25,169 nt of DNA from Candidatus Krumholzibacteriota bacterium (GTDB lineage: Bacteria; Krumholzibacteriota; Krumholzibacteriia; LZORAL124-64-63), in the NCBI GenBank assembly GCA_039714075.1, contig JBDLKA010000049.1, positions 1 through 25,169 on the forward strand. The letters run 5' to 3'. Both the position numbers and the translations under genes were made by a program. Positions 1-7,828 of the stretch are shown here, in pieces. Under the pieces are notes generated by a model. The model was not told where the DNA came from. It was given only the letters and a program-made list of their open reading frames with translations, and ran no database searches. The first letter of the stretch is position 1. Each line of letters begins with the position of its first letter.

Positions 1-1
1 G

Positions 2-421
2 GTGGAAACGAAGGAAAAGGCCCCCCGGGGGACCCTCGCCGGGCGGCCGCCGGTGCAGATCCATGTTCACGAAGAAGCCGGCAAAATGACAGTGGAAACC
101 GATGCGGGAAAACGCGAACTGAGCAGGGCCGAAGCCGAACGAATGAAATGCGACGCGGCCGTCTGTCGTAAAGGAGGCCGTAATACAACAACCATCCCTC
201 CACGCGTGCGACGCGAGGTGCTTGCCCGCGATCGCCACCGCTGCCAAACTCCCGGGTGCGGAAGGACCCGGTTTCTCGAAGTTCATCACAAGGTGCCGCG
301 GTCTGGTGGAGGTAGCAACAGCCGGGAAAACCTGGTGACCCTGTGCGGATCCTGTCACCGTTTATGGCATGAACAAGGAGCAGGCGTTGAGACCCTGATG
401 AAAACCCCATTACCAAAATAG
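2..421 (+). CDS. HNH endonuclease domain protein (DUF222/HNH-like C-terminus), probably 5'-truncated by the window edge
   Basis: IPPRVRREVLARDRHRCQTPGC...LEVHH...GGSN..ENLVTLCGSCHRLWH is a zinc-finger HNH motif. The preceding 'AERMKCDA' resembles the DUF222-HNH linker. Confidence 0.85.
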   Translation: METKEKAPRGTLAGRPPVQIHVHEEAGKMTVETDAGKRELSRAEAERMKCDAAVCRKGGRNTTTIPPRVRREVLARDRHRCQTPGCGRTRFLEVHHKVPRSGGGSNSRENLVTLCGSCHRLWHEQGAGVETLMKTPLPK

Positions 422-498
422 ATTCCTCCCACTAATCCAATAGTGTATGGTCGGCCCACCCCGATTCCACCCTTGGCCTCTCCGCGAAGGGAGCCCCC

Positions 499-963
499 AT
501 GGCTCAGCTGACCCTCCAAGTCAACGGCAAGACCCACGCCCTCGACATCGATCCCGAAACTCCCCTGGTCTGGGTCCTGCGCGACCACCTCGGCCTGACC
601 GGCACCAAGTATTCCTGCGGGATTTCCGAGTGCGGGGCCTGCACCGTGCTGATCGACGGGGCCGCCGAACGCTCGTGCTCCATGCCGGTGTCCGACGCGG
701 TGGGAAGCAAGATCACGACCATCGAGGGGCTGGCCGGCACCGATCTGCACCCGTTGCAGAAAGCCTGGATCGAAGAGGAAGTCCCCCAGTGTGGCTACTG
801 CCAGCCGGGCCAGCTGATGACCGCCGCGGGCCTGCTCAACAAAAATCCCAATCCCAGCGAAGAGGAAATCGTCGCCGAGATGTCCGACGTGCTCTGCCGC
901 TGCGGCACCTACCTGCGGATCAAGAAGGCCGTCGCCAAGGTCGCCAAGGGAGGTAAATCATGA
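499..963 (+). CDS. iorA: (2Fe-2S)-binding subunit, isoquinoline 1-oxidoreductase alpha-like
   Basis: GTKYSCGISECGACTV..C and QCGYCQPG...LCRCG motifs for two 2Fe-2S clusters; GGAG RBS upstream; ATGA overlap with the next gene. Confidence 0.93.
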   Translation: MAQLTLQVNGKTHALDIDPETPLVWVLRDHLGLTGTKYSCGISECGACTVLIDGAAERSCSMPVSDAVGSKITTIEGLAGTDLHPLQKAWIEEEVPQCGYCQPGQLMTAAGLLNKNPNPSEEEIVAEMSDVLCRCGTYLRIKKAVAKVAKGGKS

Positions 964-3086
964 GCCGCGTCACGAATCTCAGCCGCCGTGATTTCCTCAA
1001 GGCCACCGCCGCGGCCACCGGGGCCCTCGTACTCGGTTTTCGGCTTGGCCAGACCGCGCAGGCCGCGGAAGCGGGCGACATCATCTTCAACCCCAACGCC
1101 TGGTTGGAAATCACCAATGATGGCGATGTGATCATCCAGGTCCCCTGGTCCGAACTGGGCCAAGGGGCGCTCACGGCGGTACCCATGCTGCTGGCGGACG
1201 AACTCGAGGTCGATTTCGACACCGTCCAGGTTCGCAAAGCCAAGAACGATCCCCGCTTCGGCAACATGGGCACCGGGGGCAGCCGCAGCGTCCGGACCAG
1301 TTGGGATCCCGTGCGCACCGCCGGTGCGACCGCCCGCGTGATGCTGGTCGCCGCCGCCGCGGAGCAGTGGCAGGTGCCGGTCGCCGAGTGCGAGGCAAAG
1401 CTGGGCGTCATCACCCACAAGAACAGCGGCCAATCCCTGACCTTCGGCGAAGTGGCCGCCGCCGCGGCCACGCTGGAGGTGCCGGAAGATATCGCGCTCA
1501 AGCCCAGGAGCGGGCGGACGATCATCGGCCGCGACATGCCGCGCAAGGACACGCCCGACAAGGTGATCGGCAAGGCGGAATTCGGTTGCGACCAGCGGAT
1601 CGACGGCATGGTGTTCGCCACGGTCGCCCGGTCGCCCGTGCTCGAGGGAACCGTCAAGAGTTTCGACGACACCGCGGCGCTGAAGGTCCCGGGCGTCCGG
1701 CAGGTCGTGGAAATCGCCACCGGTGTCGCCGTGGTGGCCGAACATTCCTGGGCCGCCCTCAAGGGCCGGGAAGCACTCAGCATCGAATGGGATGAAGGTC
1801 CCAATGCGGGCCTGAGCTCGAAGAAAATCAGCCAACGCCTGGCCGAAGCCGACCCGGCCGCCGCACCGGTGATGCGCGAAGAAGGCGACGCCAAAACCGC
1901 CTTTCAAAGCGCAAACAAAACCGCCGAAGCCGTCTACGAACTCCCCTACATCTCCCACTCCCCCATGGAACCCATGAACTGCACCGCCCGGATCACCGGC
2001 GACCGGTGCGAGGTGTGGGCGCCCATCCAATCGGTGACCTGGGGCCAGAACGTGGCCGCCGATACCGCAGGTGTGCCGCGCGAAAACGTGACTATCCAGC
2101 CCACCTACGCCGGAGGCGGTTTCGGACGACGCCTGATGGTCGATTACGTGGCCGAGACCGTGGAGATAGCCAAAAAGACAGGCCTGCCGATCCAGATGTT
2201 CATGACCCGCGAGGACGACACGCGGCACGGCATGTTCCGGCCCACCAGTCGGCATACCCTGAAAGCCGCGCTCGACGCCAACGGAAAACCCCTGGCGTGG
2301 ACCCACCATCTGGCAAGCCCATCGATCAGCGGCCAGCTGAACCCCGACCGTTTTGCCGACGGCCGCGACGAAGGCGCCGTCAACGGAGCGGAAAACATTC
2401 CCTACGAAATCCCCAACCTCGAAGTGACCTACAGCATGGTCAACACGGCGGTGCCGATCTGCTGGCTGCGCTCGGTCTACAACACCCAGAACGGGCTGGC
2501 CAACGAGTGCTTCTTCGACGAAATGGCCCAGGTGGGCGGCCACGATCCCGTCGAACTGAGACTGGATCTGCTGCCAAAAGACGCCCGTCTGCGCGGCACC
2601 CTGGAGCGGGCCAAGAAGGAGTGGGGCTGGCCCCGCAAGCTGGCGAACGGACGCGGCCAGGGCGTGGCGTCTCATTCCAGCTTCGCCAGCCACGTGACGA
2701 TGATGGCCGAGGTCTCCGCCGACAAGAACGGCTGGCCCACCGTCCACGAGATCCTGTGCGTGGTGGATTGCGGTCCGGTGGTGCATCCCGACGGGCTGAA
2801 TTCCCAAATCGAAGGGGTCGTCGGCTTCGCCCTGTCAGCCTTGCTGCGCGAGGAAATCACCATCGACCAAGGCCGCGTCCAGCAGTCGAATTTCGACGAT
2901 TATCCAATGATGCGACTGGACGAAATGCCCGCGGTCAAAGTGGTGACGATCGACAGTGAAGATGATATCGGAGGCATCGGCGAACCCGGCTATCCGCCCC
3001 TGGGCCCGGCGGTGCTCAACGCCTTGTGCGACGCGACGGGAGTACGCATCCGCAAGTTGCCGCTCGCGGGGAATCTCAAAGCCTGA
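960..3086 (+). CDS. iorB: Xanthine dehydrogenase-family molybdopterin-binding subunit, isoquinoline 1-oxidoreductase beta-like, Tat-exported
   Basis: Twin-arginine SRRDFLK; ELGQG, TGGSRS, HSPMEPMNC, GGGFGRR, WLRSV, SQIEG and GGIGEPG motifs; GGAGG RBS. Confidence 0.93.
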   Translation: MSRVTNLSRRDFLKATAAATGALVLGFRLGQTAQAAEAGDIIFNPNAWLEITNDGDVIIQVPWSELGQGALTAVPMLLADELEVDFDTVQVRKAKNDPRFGNMGTGGSRSVRTSWDPVRTAGATARVMLVAAAAEQWQVPVAECEAKLGVITHKNSGQSLTFGEVAAAAATLEVPEDIALKPRSGRTIIGRDMPRKDTPDKVIGKAEFGCDQRIDGMVFATVARSPVLEGTVKSFDDTAALKVPGVRQVVEIATGVAVVAEHSWAALKGREALSIEWDEGPNAGLSSKKISQRLAEADPAAAPVMREEGDAKTAFQSANKTAEAVYELPYISHSPMEPMNCTARITGDRCEVWAPIQSVTWGQNVAADTAGVPRENVTIQPTYAGGGFGRRLMVDYVAETVEIAKKTGLPIQMFMTREDDTRHGMFRPTSRHTLKAALDANGKPLAWTHHLASPSISGQLNPDRFADGRDEGAVNGAENIPYEIPNLEVTYSMVNTAVPICWLRSVYNTQNGLANECFFDEMAQVGGHDPVELRLDLLPKDARLRGTLERAKKEWGWPRKLANGRGQGVASHSSFASHVTMMAEVSADKNGWPTVHEILCVVDCGPVVHPDGLNSQIEGVVGFALSALLREEITIDQGRVQQSNFDDYPMMRLDEMPAVKVVTIDSEDDIGGIGEPGYPPLGPAVLNALCDATGVRIRKLPLAGNLKA

Positions 3087-3117
3087 GCGAGCCCCGGGGA
3101 CGGGGCCCGCCGGCGGG
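3087..3117. terminator. GC hairpin(s) between convergent genes, possible terminator
   Basis: gccccg-ggga-cggggc (3091-3106) plus cccgc-cg-gcggg; no U-tract. Confidence 0.3.
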
Positions 3118-3126
3118 TATAACGAC

Positions 3127-3588
3127 CTAGTCGGCCGCGGGCGAGGGGGCATTCCTCCCATTCAGGCGAGGTCCACCCGGAGCCATCGGTCGTTGAAGAT
3201 CCTCGATGCTGGTCTGGATGCGCCTCACCAACTCCGCCCTGCCTTCTTCCCTGGCATATTTGAGTTGGATGTGCAGGATTCGCATCCGGGAGGTTTTCTT
3301 CAGATTACCCAGCCGGCGGGCAAATTCGGGGCCCTGTTCAGGGCCAAATTCTTCTCTCAGAGCCAGTTCGGCCCTCCGGGTGCTGTCCATGGCAGCCCGG
3401 ATCTCGGCCAGCATCGTGGGCTCCGGCCTCGGTATGGCGGCCATTTCCTGGTTGTCCTGCGCTTTATTGGTGTAATCCCGGTGGTTTCCGGCGACCTGGG
3501 CCAGTTTGGTCCGGGGATCCCCGGCAACAGCCCATGTTGTTGCAACAAAACAAGTTAAAATAGTAATAGTCGTTATCAAGCGTTTCAC
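3127..3588 (-). CDS. Secreted hypothetical helical protein
   Basis: GTG start with GGAGG RBS; N-terminal signal peptide (MKRLITTITILTCFVATTWAVA); charged amphipathic helices; own sigma70-like promoter. Confidence 0.75.
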   Translation of the reverse strand: MKRLITTITILTCFVATTWAVAGDPRTKLAQVAGNHRDYTNKAQDNQEMAAIPRPEPTMLAEIRAAMDSTRRAELALREEFGPEQGPEFARRLGNLKKTSRMRILHIQLKYAREEGRAELVRRIQTSIEDLQRPMAPGGPRLNGRNAPSPAAD

Positions 3589-3627
3589 GGGTCAACCTCC
3601 CACTTGTCGACCCACATATTATGACAT

Positions 3628-3656
3628 ATTTTTTGATTTTTTGCAACACACAACCC
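3628..3656 (-). promoter_or_regulatory. sigma70-type promoter for 3127..3588
   Basis: Minus strand TTGCAA-N17-CATAAT with TGn extension, in an AT-rich intergenic tract. Confidence 0.65.
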
Positions 3657-3743
3657 ACCACCCAGGGCATCCTCCCAAAGATTGATCTGGGCACCCGCCG
3701 GTTGTAATGTTGGCAGCTGACACATCCAACCTCGGGAGCCGAT

Positions 3744-4526
3744 ATGCTGAAGGAAAAAATCGTTCTGATCACCGGGGCCAGCGCCGGCATCGGGGCCGCC
3801 TGCGCCCACGCCTTCGCCCGCGAGGGCTGCCGCCTGATTCTGGCCGCCCGCCGCCTCGACAATCTCCAGGCCCTGTCCGCGGACCTCGATAAGGAACACG
3901 GTGCCGGATGCCACACCATCCAGCTCGATGTCCGGGACCGGGAACAGGTCAACCAAGCCATTGCCGATCTGCCCTCCGCATGGTCCGACATCGACATCCT
4001 GGTCAACAACGCCGGCCTCAGCCGGGGGCTGGACAAGGTCCAGGACGCTCTGCACACCGACTGGGACGAGATGATCGACACCAACGTGAAGGGCCTGCTG
4101 TGGGTCAGCCGCGCGGTGATGCCCGGCATGGTCGCGCGTGACAACGGGCACGTCATCAACATCGGCAGCATCGCCGGCCGGCAGGTCTATCCCGGGGGCA
4201 ACGTCTACTGCGCCACCAAATACGCCGTGCGGGCCATCACCCAGGGCATGCGCATCGATCTGCTGGGAACGAAGGTGAGATGTTCATCGGTTGACCCGGG
4301 GATGGTCGAAACCGAGTTCAGCGAAGTCAGGTTCCACGGCGACACCGCCAGGGCGGAAAAAACCTACCAGACCTTCCCCCCGCTCAAGGCCGACGACATT
4401 GCCGAAACCGTGCTGTTCTGCGCCACGCGGCCGCCGCACGTGAACATCCACGACATACTGATCATGCCCCAGGACCAGGCCGCGGTGTACGCGTCCCATC
4501 CCCGGGGCATCGGGAAGGATCTATAG
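3744..4526 (+). CDS. NADP-dependent SDR oxidoreductase (YdfG/3-hydroxy acid dehydrogenase-like)
   Basis: TGASAGIG, ARR (NADP preference), NNAG, catalytic S...YCATK, DPGMVETEFSEVRF, RPPHVNI. Confidence 0.92.
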   Translation: MLKEKIVLITGASAGIGAACAHAFAREGCRLILAARRLDNLQALSADLDKEHGAGCHTIQLDVRDREQVNQAIADLPSAWSDIDILVNNAGLSRGLDKVQDALHTDWDEMIDTNVKGLLWVSRAVMPGMVARDNGHVINIGSIAGRQVYPGGNVYCATKYAVRAITQGMRIDLLGTKVRCSSVDPGMVETEFSEVRFHGDTARAEKTYQTFPPLKADDIAETVLFCATRPPHVNIHDILIMPQDQAAVYASHPRGIGKDL

Positions 4527-4538
4527 GGATTAAGTCAA

Positions 4539-6782
4539 TTAGAGAGCGGCCTCGATGGACAGGATTTCCCAGACCCGCTGGTCGCCGTCCTCGCCGAAGA
4601 CCACCCGGTCGCCCACCCTGGCGCCCATGAAGGACATGGCCAGGGGCGCCTGGTAGTTCAGGATCCGCTGCTCCACGTCGGTGTCATAGGGTCCCAGGAA
4701 GGTGAACACTTCGTCTTCACCCGTCTCCTCGGACCGCGCCGACACCCGCGTGCCGATGTTCACGAAATCGCTGCCGGACATCTCGTGGTTGATGACCTTG
4801 GTCGCCTCCAGCTCGTTCTTCATACCCGTGGCCCGGCTGGCCAGCTGGTCCCGCTTTTCCAGGGCGGCGGTGTACTCGGCGTTTTCACTCAGGTCGCCGT
4901 GGGCGGCGGCTTCGCCGATCTGCTGCGCCACTTCGGGAATCTCGATCTCGATGATGTGGTTCAACGCGTCCTGGGCCTTGCGCAGGCCATCTTCGGTGGT
5001 GTAGATGGTGCCGCCGTCCTCCCACTCGCGCGTGATCTCGATGAAGATGTCGGCGAACCGGGAGCGCAGGTAACCCAGCAACTGGGTCCGCATGGCCGGG
5101 CTGAGGCCGGCGTTCTTCTCGATCAGGCCCTTGAGCCGGATGCCTTCACGGCGGTCCGCGTCGTCGATCAGGCCGAGCACGGGCCGGTTGTTCTGGGTGG
5201 CCAGGGCCGCCCGGGCGGACTCCAGGACCTTGAGGTGCTTTTCCTCCAGCGACATGCCGTAGAGTTTGCCCGAGGAATCCAGCAGGACGAACATGGCGTC
5301 CGCGATGCGGGTCACGCCCAACAGTTCCTGTTCCTCGATGAATTTGGCGGCGGCACCGGAAGTGAACCGCGTGCGCCACAGCCAGCACAACAGGTCCGGG
5401 CTGGAAGTCGGCCGCTCGATGGCCTGGTTCAGGGCCCCGGCCAGGGCCTCCTGCTGCCCGCCTTCGATCAGGGTCCGGGTGATGGTGTCGCACAGCCTCT
5501 TTCCGGCCCGCATCAGGACCGCGCTCCAGATTTCCCCCCAGGTGTCGGGCATGGTCTGGCGGACATAGTTCAGGACCCGCTGCAGCAGGGCTTCGGGCAG
5601 GCTGCCGTTCAGGGCGCCCTTGTCGGGAATGCGCGCCAGGACCTGGCCGGCGGCCTTGGGATTGGGCCGCGCAACGGCCACCCCGCGGGCGGCGGTTTCC
5701 GCATGCAGGGCCAGTCCCGCCAACGCCAGGGCCGGGTTGTCCTTCAGGACGGCCACGGCCACCTTGGCCGCTCCGTTGCCGAAATGGACCAGCAGTTCCT
5801 CGTCCGCACACCCTTCGCAGGAACGGTTTTTTTCTTCGCGGGAAATCTCGTCCAGATAGGCCATCACCTGCAGCAGTTTGGCCTGGGGATCCTTGCCGTG
5901 GTCGAATTTGCGGCGCAGCCGGTCCTCGTACTTGTCCGCCTGCCGCAACAGACGGAAGCTGGGCTGGCTGCCGGCGGACATGCCGATCATGGGATCACGT
6001 TTGAGGGCGGGCTTGGCGTCCTTCCACCAGGTCTTCCAGCCCTTGTCCCCCAGCAGATCGGTGATATTCCCCTTCAGATCCCGGTAGCCCACCTTGCCGT
6101 CCCGCTGGGATTCCAGGGCCAGCTTGACTAAAGCCACCGCGTCTTCGGTGGCCAGATCGCGCAGCTTCTCCTGATCATAGAGGATCAGGGCGGGGAAAAA
6201 ATCGGCGGCGCGGGGTGAGACCTTGCCGATGGTGGCGGGATCATATTCGGCGCGCCGGTCCTGATACAAAACGGTGACCCGACCCTTTTCGCCGTCCACG
6301 GATTCGACCCGGCCCGGGACCAGGAAACTCCGGTCGATGACATAGGAACCCGGTTGCAGGTGGGCATACAGATCGACCTTGGACACGGTTTCCGACAGCG
6401 GGGTTTTTCCCCCCAGGAGCAGATCCAGCACGTCGGCGAGTTCACTGAAGTCCGGGTACCGGGACAGGTACAATCTTTTCAGATGCTCGACCAGGGTCTT
6501 GCCCGAGGGCAATTGTTCCGCACCCTTGCGCACCGCGTTCAAGGCTTCCACGGAACCGGATTTTTCTTCCACATTCACGATGATCATGTCGATCAGCGCC
6601 TCGGCGCGGTCGACCGCTCCCTGGCGCCCCACCTGCCCCGCGATGGGAATGAGTTCCTTCCAGGAATAGCCGGGACTGCCAAGGGCCTCCATCCAGAGGC
6701 CCTCCAGTTTATCGAAATCCCTGCTGTTGGCGAGCTTGCCGAGTTTGATGAGAGAAGGTCCCTCGGGCGCCATGTCCGTCAT
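4539..6782 (-). CDS. greA: Long-form transcription elongation factor GreA (large N-terminal extension plus GreA domain)
   Basis: C-terminal YTTEDG...IGEAAAHGDLSENAEY...VNIGTRV...LGPYDTD...APLA matches GreA/GreB with both catalytic acidic residues; about 590 aa N-terminal extension containing WKTWWKDAK. Confidence 0.88.
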   Translation of the reverse strand: MTDMAPEGPSLIKLGKLANSRDFDKLEGLWMEALGSPGYSWKELIPIAGQVGRQGAVDRAEALIDMIIVNVEEKSGSVEALNAVRKGAEQLPSGKTLVEHLKRLYLSRYPDFSELADVLDLLLGGKTPLSETVSKVDLYAHLQPGSYVIDRSFLVPGRVESVDGEKGRVTVLYQDRRAEYDPATIGKVSPRAADFFPALILYDQEKLRDLATEDAVALVKLALESQRDGKVGYRDLKGNITDLLGDKGWKTWWKDAKPALKRDPMIGMSAGSQPSFRLLRQADKYEDRLRRKFDHGKDPQAKLLQVMAYLDEISREEKNRSCEGCADEELLVHFGNGAAKVAVAVLKDNPALALAGLALHAETAARGVAVARPNPKAAGQVLARIPDKGALNGSLPEALLQRVLNYVRQTMPDTWGEIWSAVLMRAGKRLCDTITRTLIEGGQQEALAGALNQAIERPTSSPDLLCWLWRTRFTSGAAAKFIEEQELLGVTRIADAMFVLLDSSGKLYGMSLEEKHLKVLESARAALATQNNRPVLGLIDDADRREGIRLKGLIEKNAGLSPAMRTQLLGYLRSRFADIFIEITREWEDGGTIYTTEDGLRKAQDALNHIIEIEIPEVAQQIGEAAAHGDLSENAEYTAALEKRDQLASRATGMKNELEATKVINHEMSGSDFVNIGTRVSARSEETGEDEVFTFLGPYDTDVEQRILNYQAPLAMSFMGARVGDRVVFGEDGDQRVWEILSIEAAL

Positions 6783-6800
6783 ATTCCGCCTCTGAATAGC

Positions 6801-6831
6801 AAAAGCCCCTCGATTGTCGAAACGAGGGGCT
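6801..6831 (-). terminator. Intrinsic terminator-like hairpin immediately upstream of greA
   Basis: Minus strand AGCCCCTCG-10 nt loop-CGAGGGGCT, ending in a TTTT run (6801-6804). Confidence 0.65.
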
Positions 6832-6881
6832 ATAATAGTATTTTTATCACGTTTGGGAAAGGCAGGGCCCGCATCGGGCCG

Positions 6882-7529
6882 TTATTTCACCATGGTCATC
6901 TTGCCGGTCTGAACCTTGTCCCCGACCGCCAAACGGGTCACGTACATGCCCGCCGACGTCACGATGCCCCGCTGATCCTTGCCGTTCCAGGTCACTTCAT
7001 GCCACCCGGGAGTCCGGTCGACCGGCAGGATGCGCACCCGATATCCCTGGACGGAATAGATTTCCAGCCGCACGACGTCCGTGGATTTGATGTCCTCGGG
7101 AATGCTGTAGACGATGCGCGTTTCGGGATTGAAGGGGTTCGGATAGTTGGGTTTCAGCTGGGGACCCAGAGGGGCGGCCACGCCCTCGCCGTCGATTTCG
7201 AAGTAGAACGGATCGGACCATTCGCTCATGACCGAACGCCGGCCCTGCTTGTCGACGCCCCGCACCCGGATCTGATGGGAAATCCCGGAATCGGCGCTCA
7301 GCTTGTAGGTGGTGTCCGGAACCGTGGCCACCAATTGTTCCGACGCGGTGCCCCGCTTGAGCCAGACTTCGTAGGTCACGGCCTCGGGACGGACGATTCC
7401 CTCATCATCAATCACGGGGCTGGCGCTCCAATGGAATTGGACATCCCGCCGCTCGGCCAGGGCCCCGGAGGCGAAAAAAGCGGATAAGATCAAGGCAGGC
7501 AACAGGATTTTAAAAACAGCAGTTTTCAC
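6882..7529 (-). CDS. Secreted protein with FN3-like domain and C-terminal FlgD Ig-like/T9SS-type sorting domain
   Basis: Signal peptide; W...YEV...IRVRGVDKQGRRSVMSEWS (FN3-like); NYPNPFNPETRIVY...LEIYSVQGYRVRIL...WNGKD...SAGMY; GAAGGA RBS before the GTG. Confidence 0.85.
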   Translation of the reverse strand: MKTAVFKILLPALILSAFFASGALAERRDVQFHWSASPVIDDEGIVRPEAVTYEVWLKRGTASEQLVATVPDTTYKLSADSGISHQIRVRGVDKQGRRSVMSEWSDPFYFEIDGEGVAAPLGPQLKPNYPNPFNPETRIVYSIPEDIKSTDVVRLEIYSVQGYRVRILPVDRTPGWHEVTWNGKDQRGIVTSAGMYVTRLAVGDKVQTGKMTMVK

Positions 7530-7587
7530 TTCGATCCTTCCGGAAAACCGTGCGATTTCCCATAAATCGCCCGATCAGGCCATTCCT

Positions 7588-7604
7588 TGCAACCGGGGTG
7601 CCAA
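7588..7604 (-). promoter_or_regulatory. sigma54 (RpoN) -24/-12 promoter
   Basis: Minus strand TTGGCAC-CCCGG-TTGCA matches TGGCAC-N5-TTGCW, about 60 nt upstream of the 7529 start. Confidence 0.8.
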
Positions 7605-7630
7605 AGGTATCCTTACCCCTGGATTGCCCG

Positions 7631-7690
7631 GAAAAACGCCTGAAAACCCCTGAAAATTCCGAAAAATTTCGAAAAATTCCGAAAATCTGG
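7631..7690. repeat. Six phased A-tracts at 10-bp period (intrinsically curved DNA)
   Basis: gaaaaacgcc/tgaaaacccc/tgaaaattcc/gaaaaatttc/gaaaaattcc/gaaaatctgg. Confidence 0.8.
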
Positions 7691-7828
7691 TGGGAACAGC
7701 CTGGAATCGGCTTTGGGGGCCAATCCTTCATCCACCGGAGCCGGGAAGACTTGATAACTATATGGCCGGGTCACCGGTGGGCAAGGATTTACCACCTGCC
7801 AAAGGGCAATCTGCACGAATAATGGTTA

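Noticed and set aside
2..421. HNH as Cas9/IscB or part of a CRISPR locus
   Set aside because: No RuvC motifs after the HNH, and no repeat-spacer array in the window.
421..498. Moco riboswitch ahead of iorA
   Set aside because: The region is too short; only a small CTCC/GGAG stem over the RBS is present.
909..2807. Long antisense or alternate-frame ORFs (e.g. 909..2807-, 4785..6131+, 11750..13063-, 13973..16093+, 17497..18807-, 22940..24568-)
   Set aside because: Shadow ORFs of GC-rich genes; no motifs, and each overlaps a well-supported CDS.
6831..6836. Perfect TATAAT on the + strand
   Set aside because: No -35 at proper spacing and no + strand gene downstream.
7631..7690. 10-bp repeats as a CRISPR array or the coding ORFs 7510..7731, 7550..7822, 7613..7816
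   Set aside because: Units are too short with no spacers; the translations are low-complexity by-products of the A-tracts and overlap the sigma54 promoter region.
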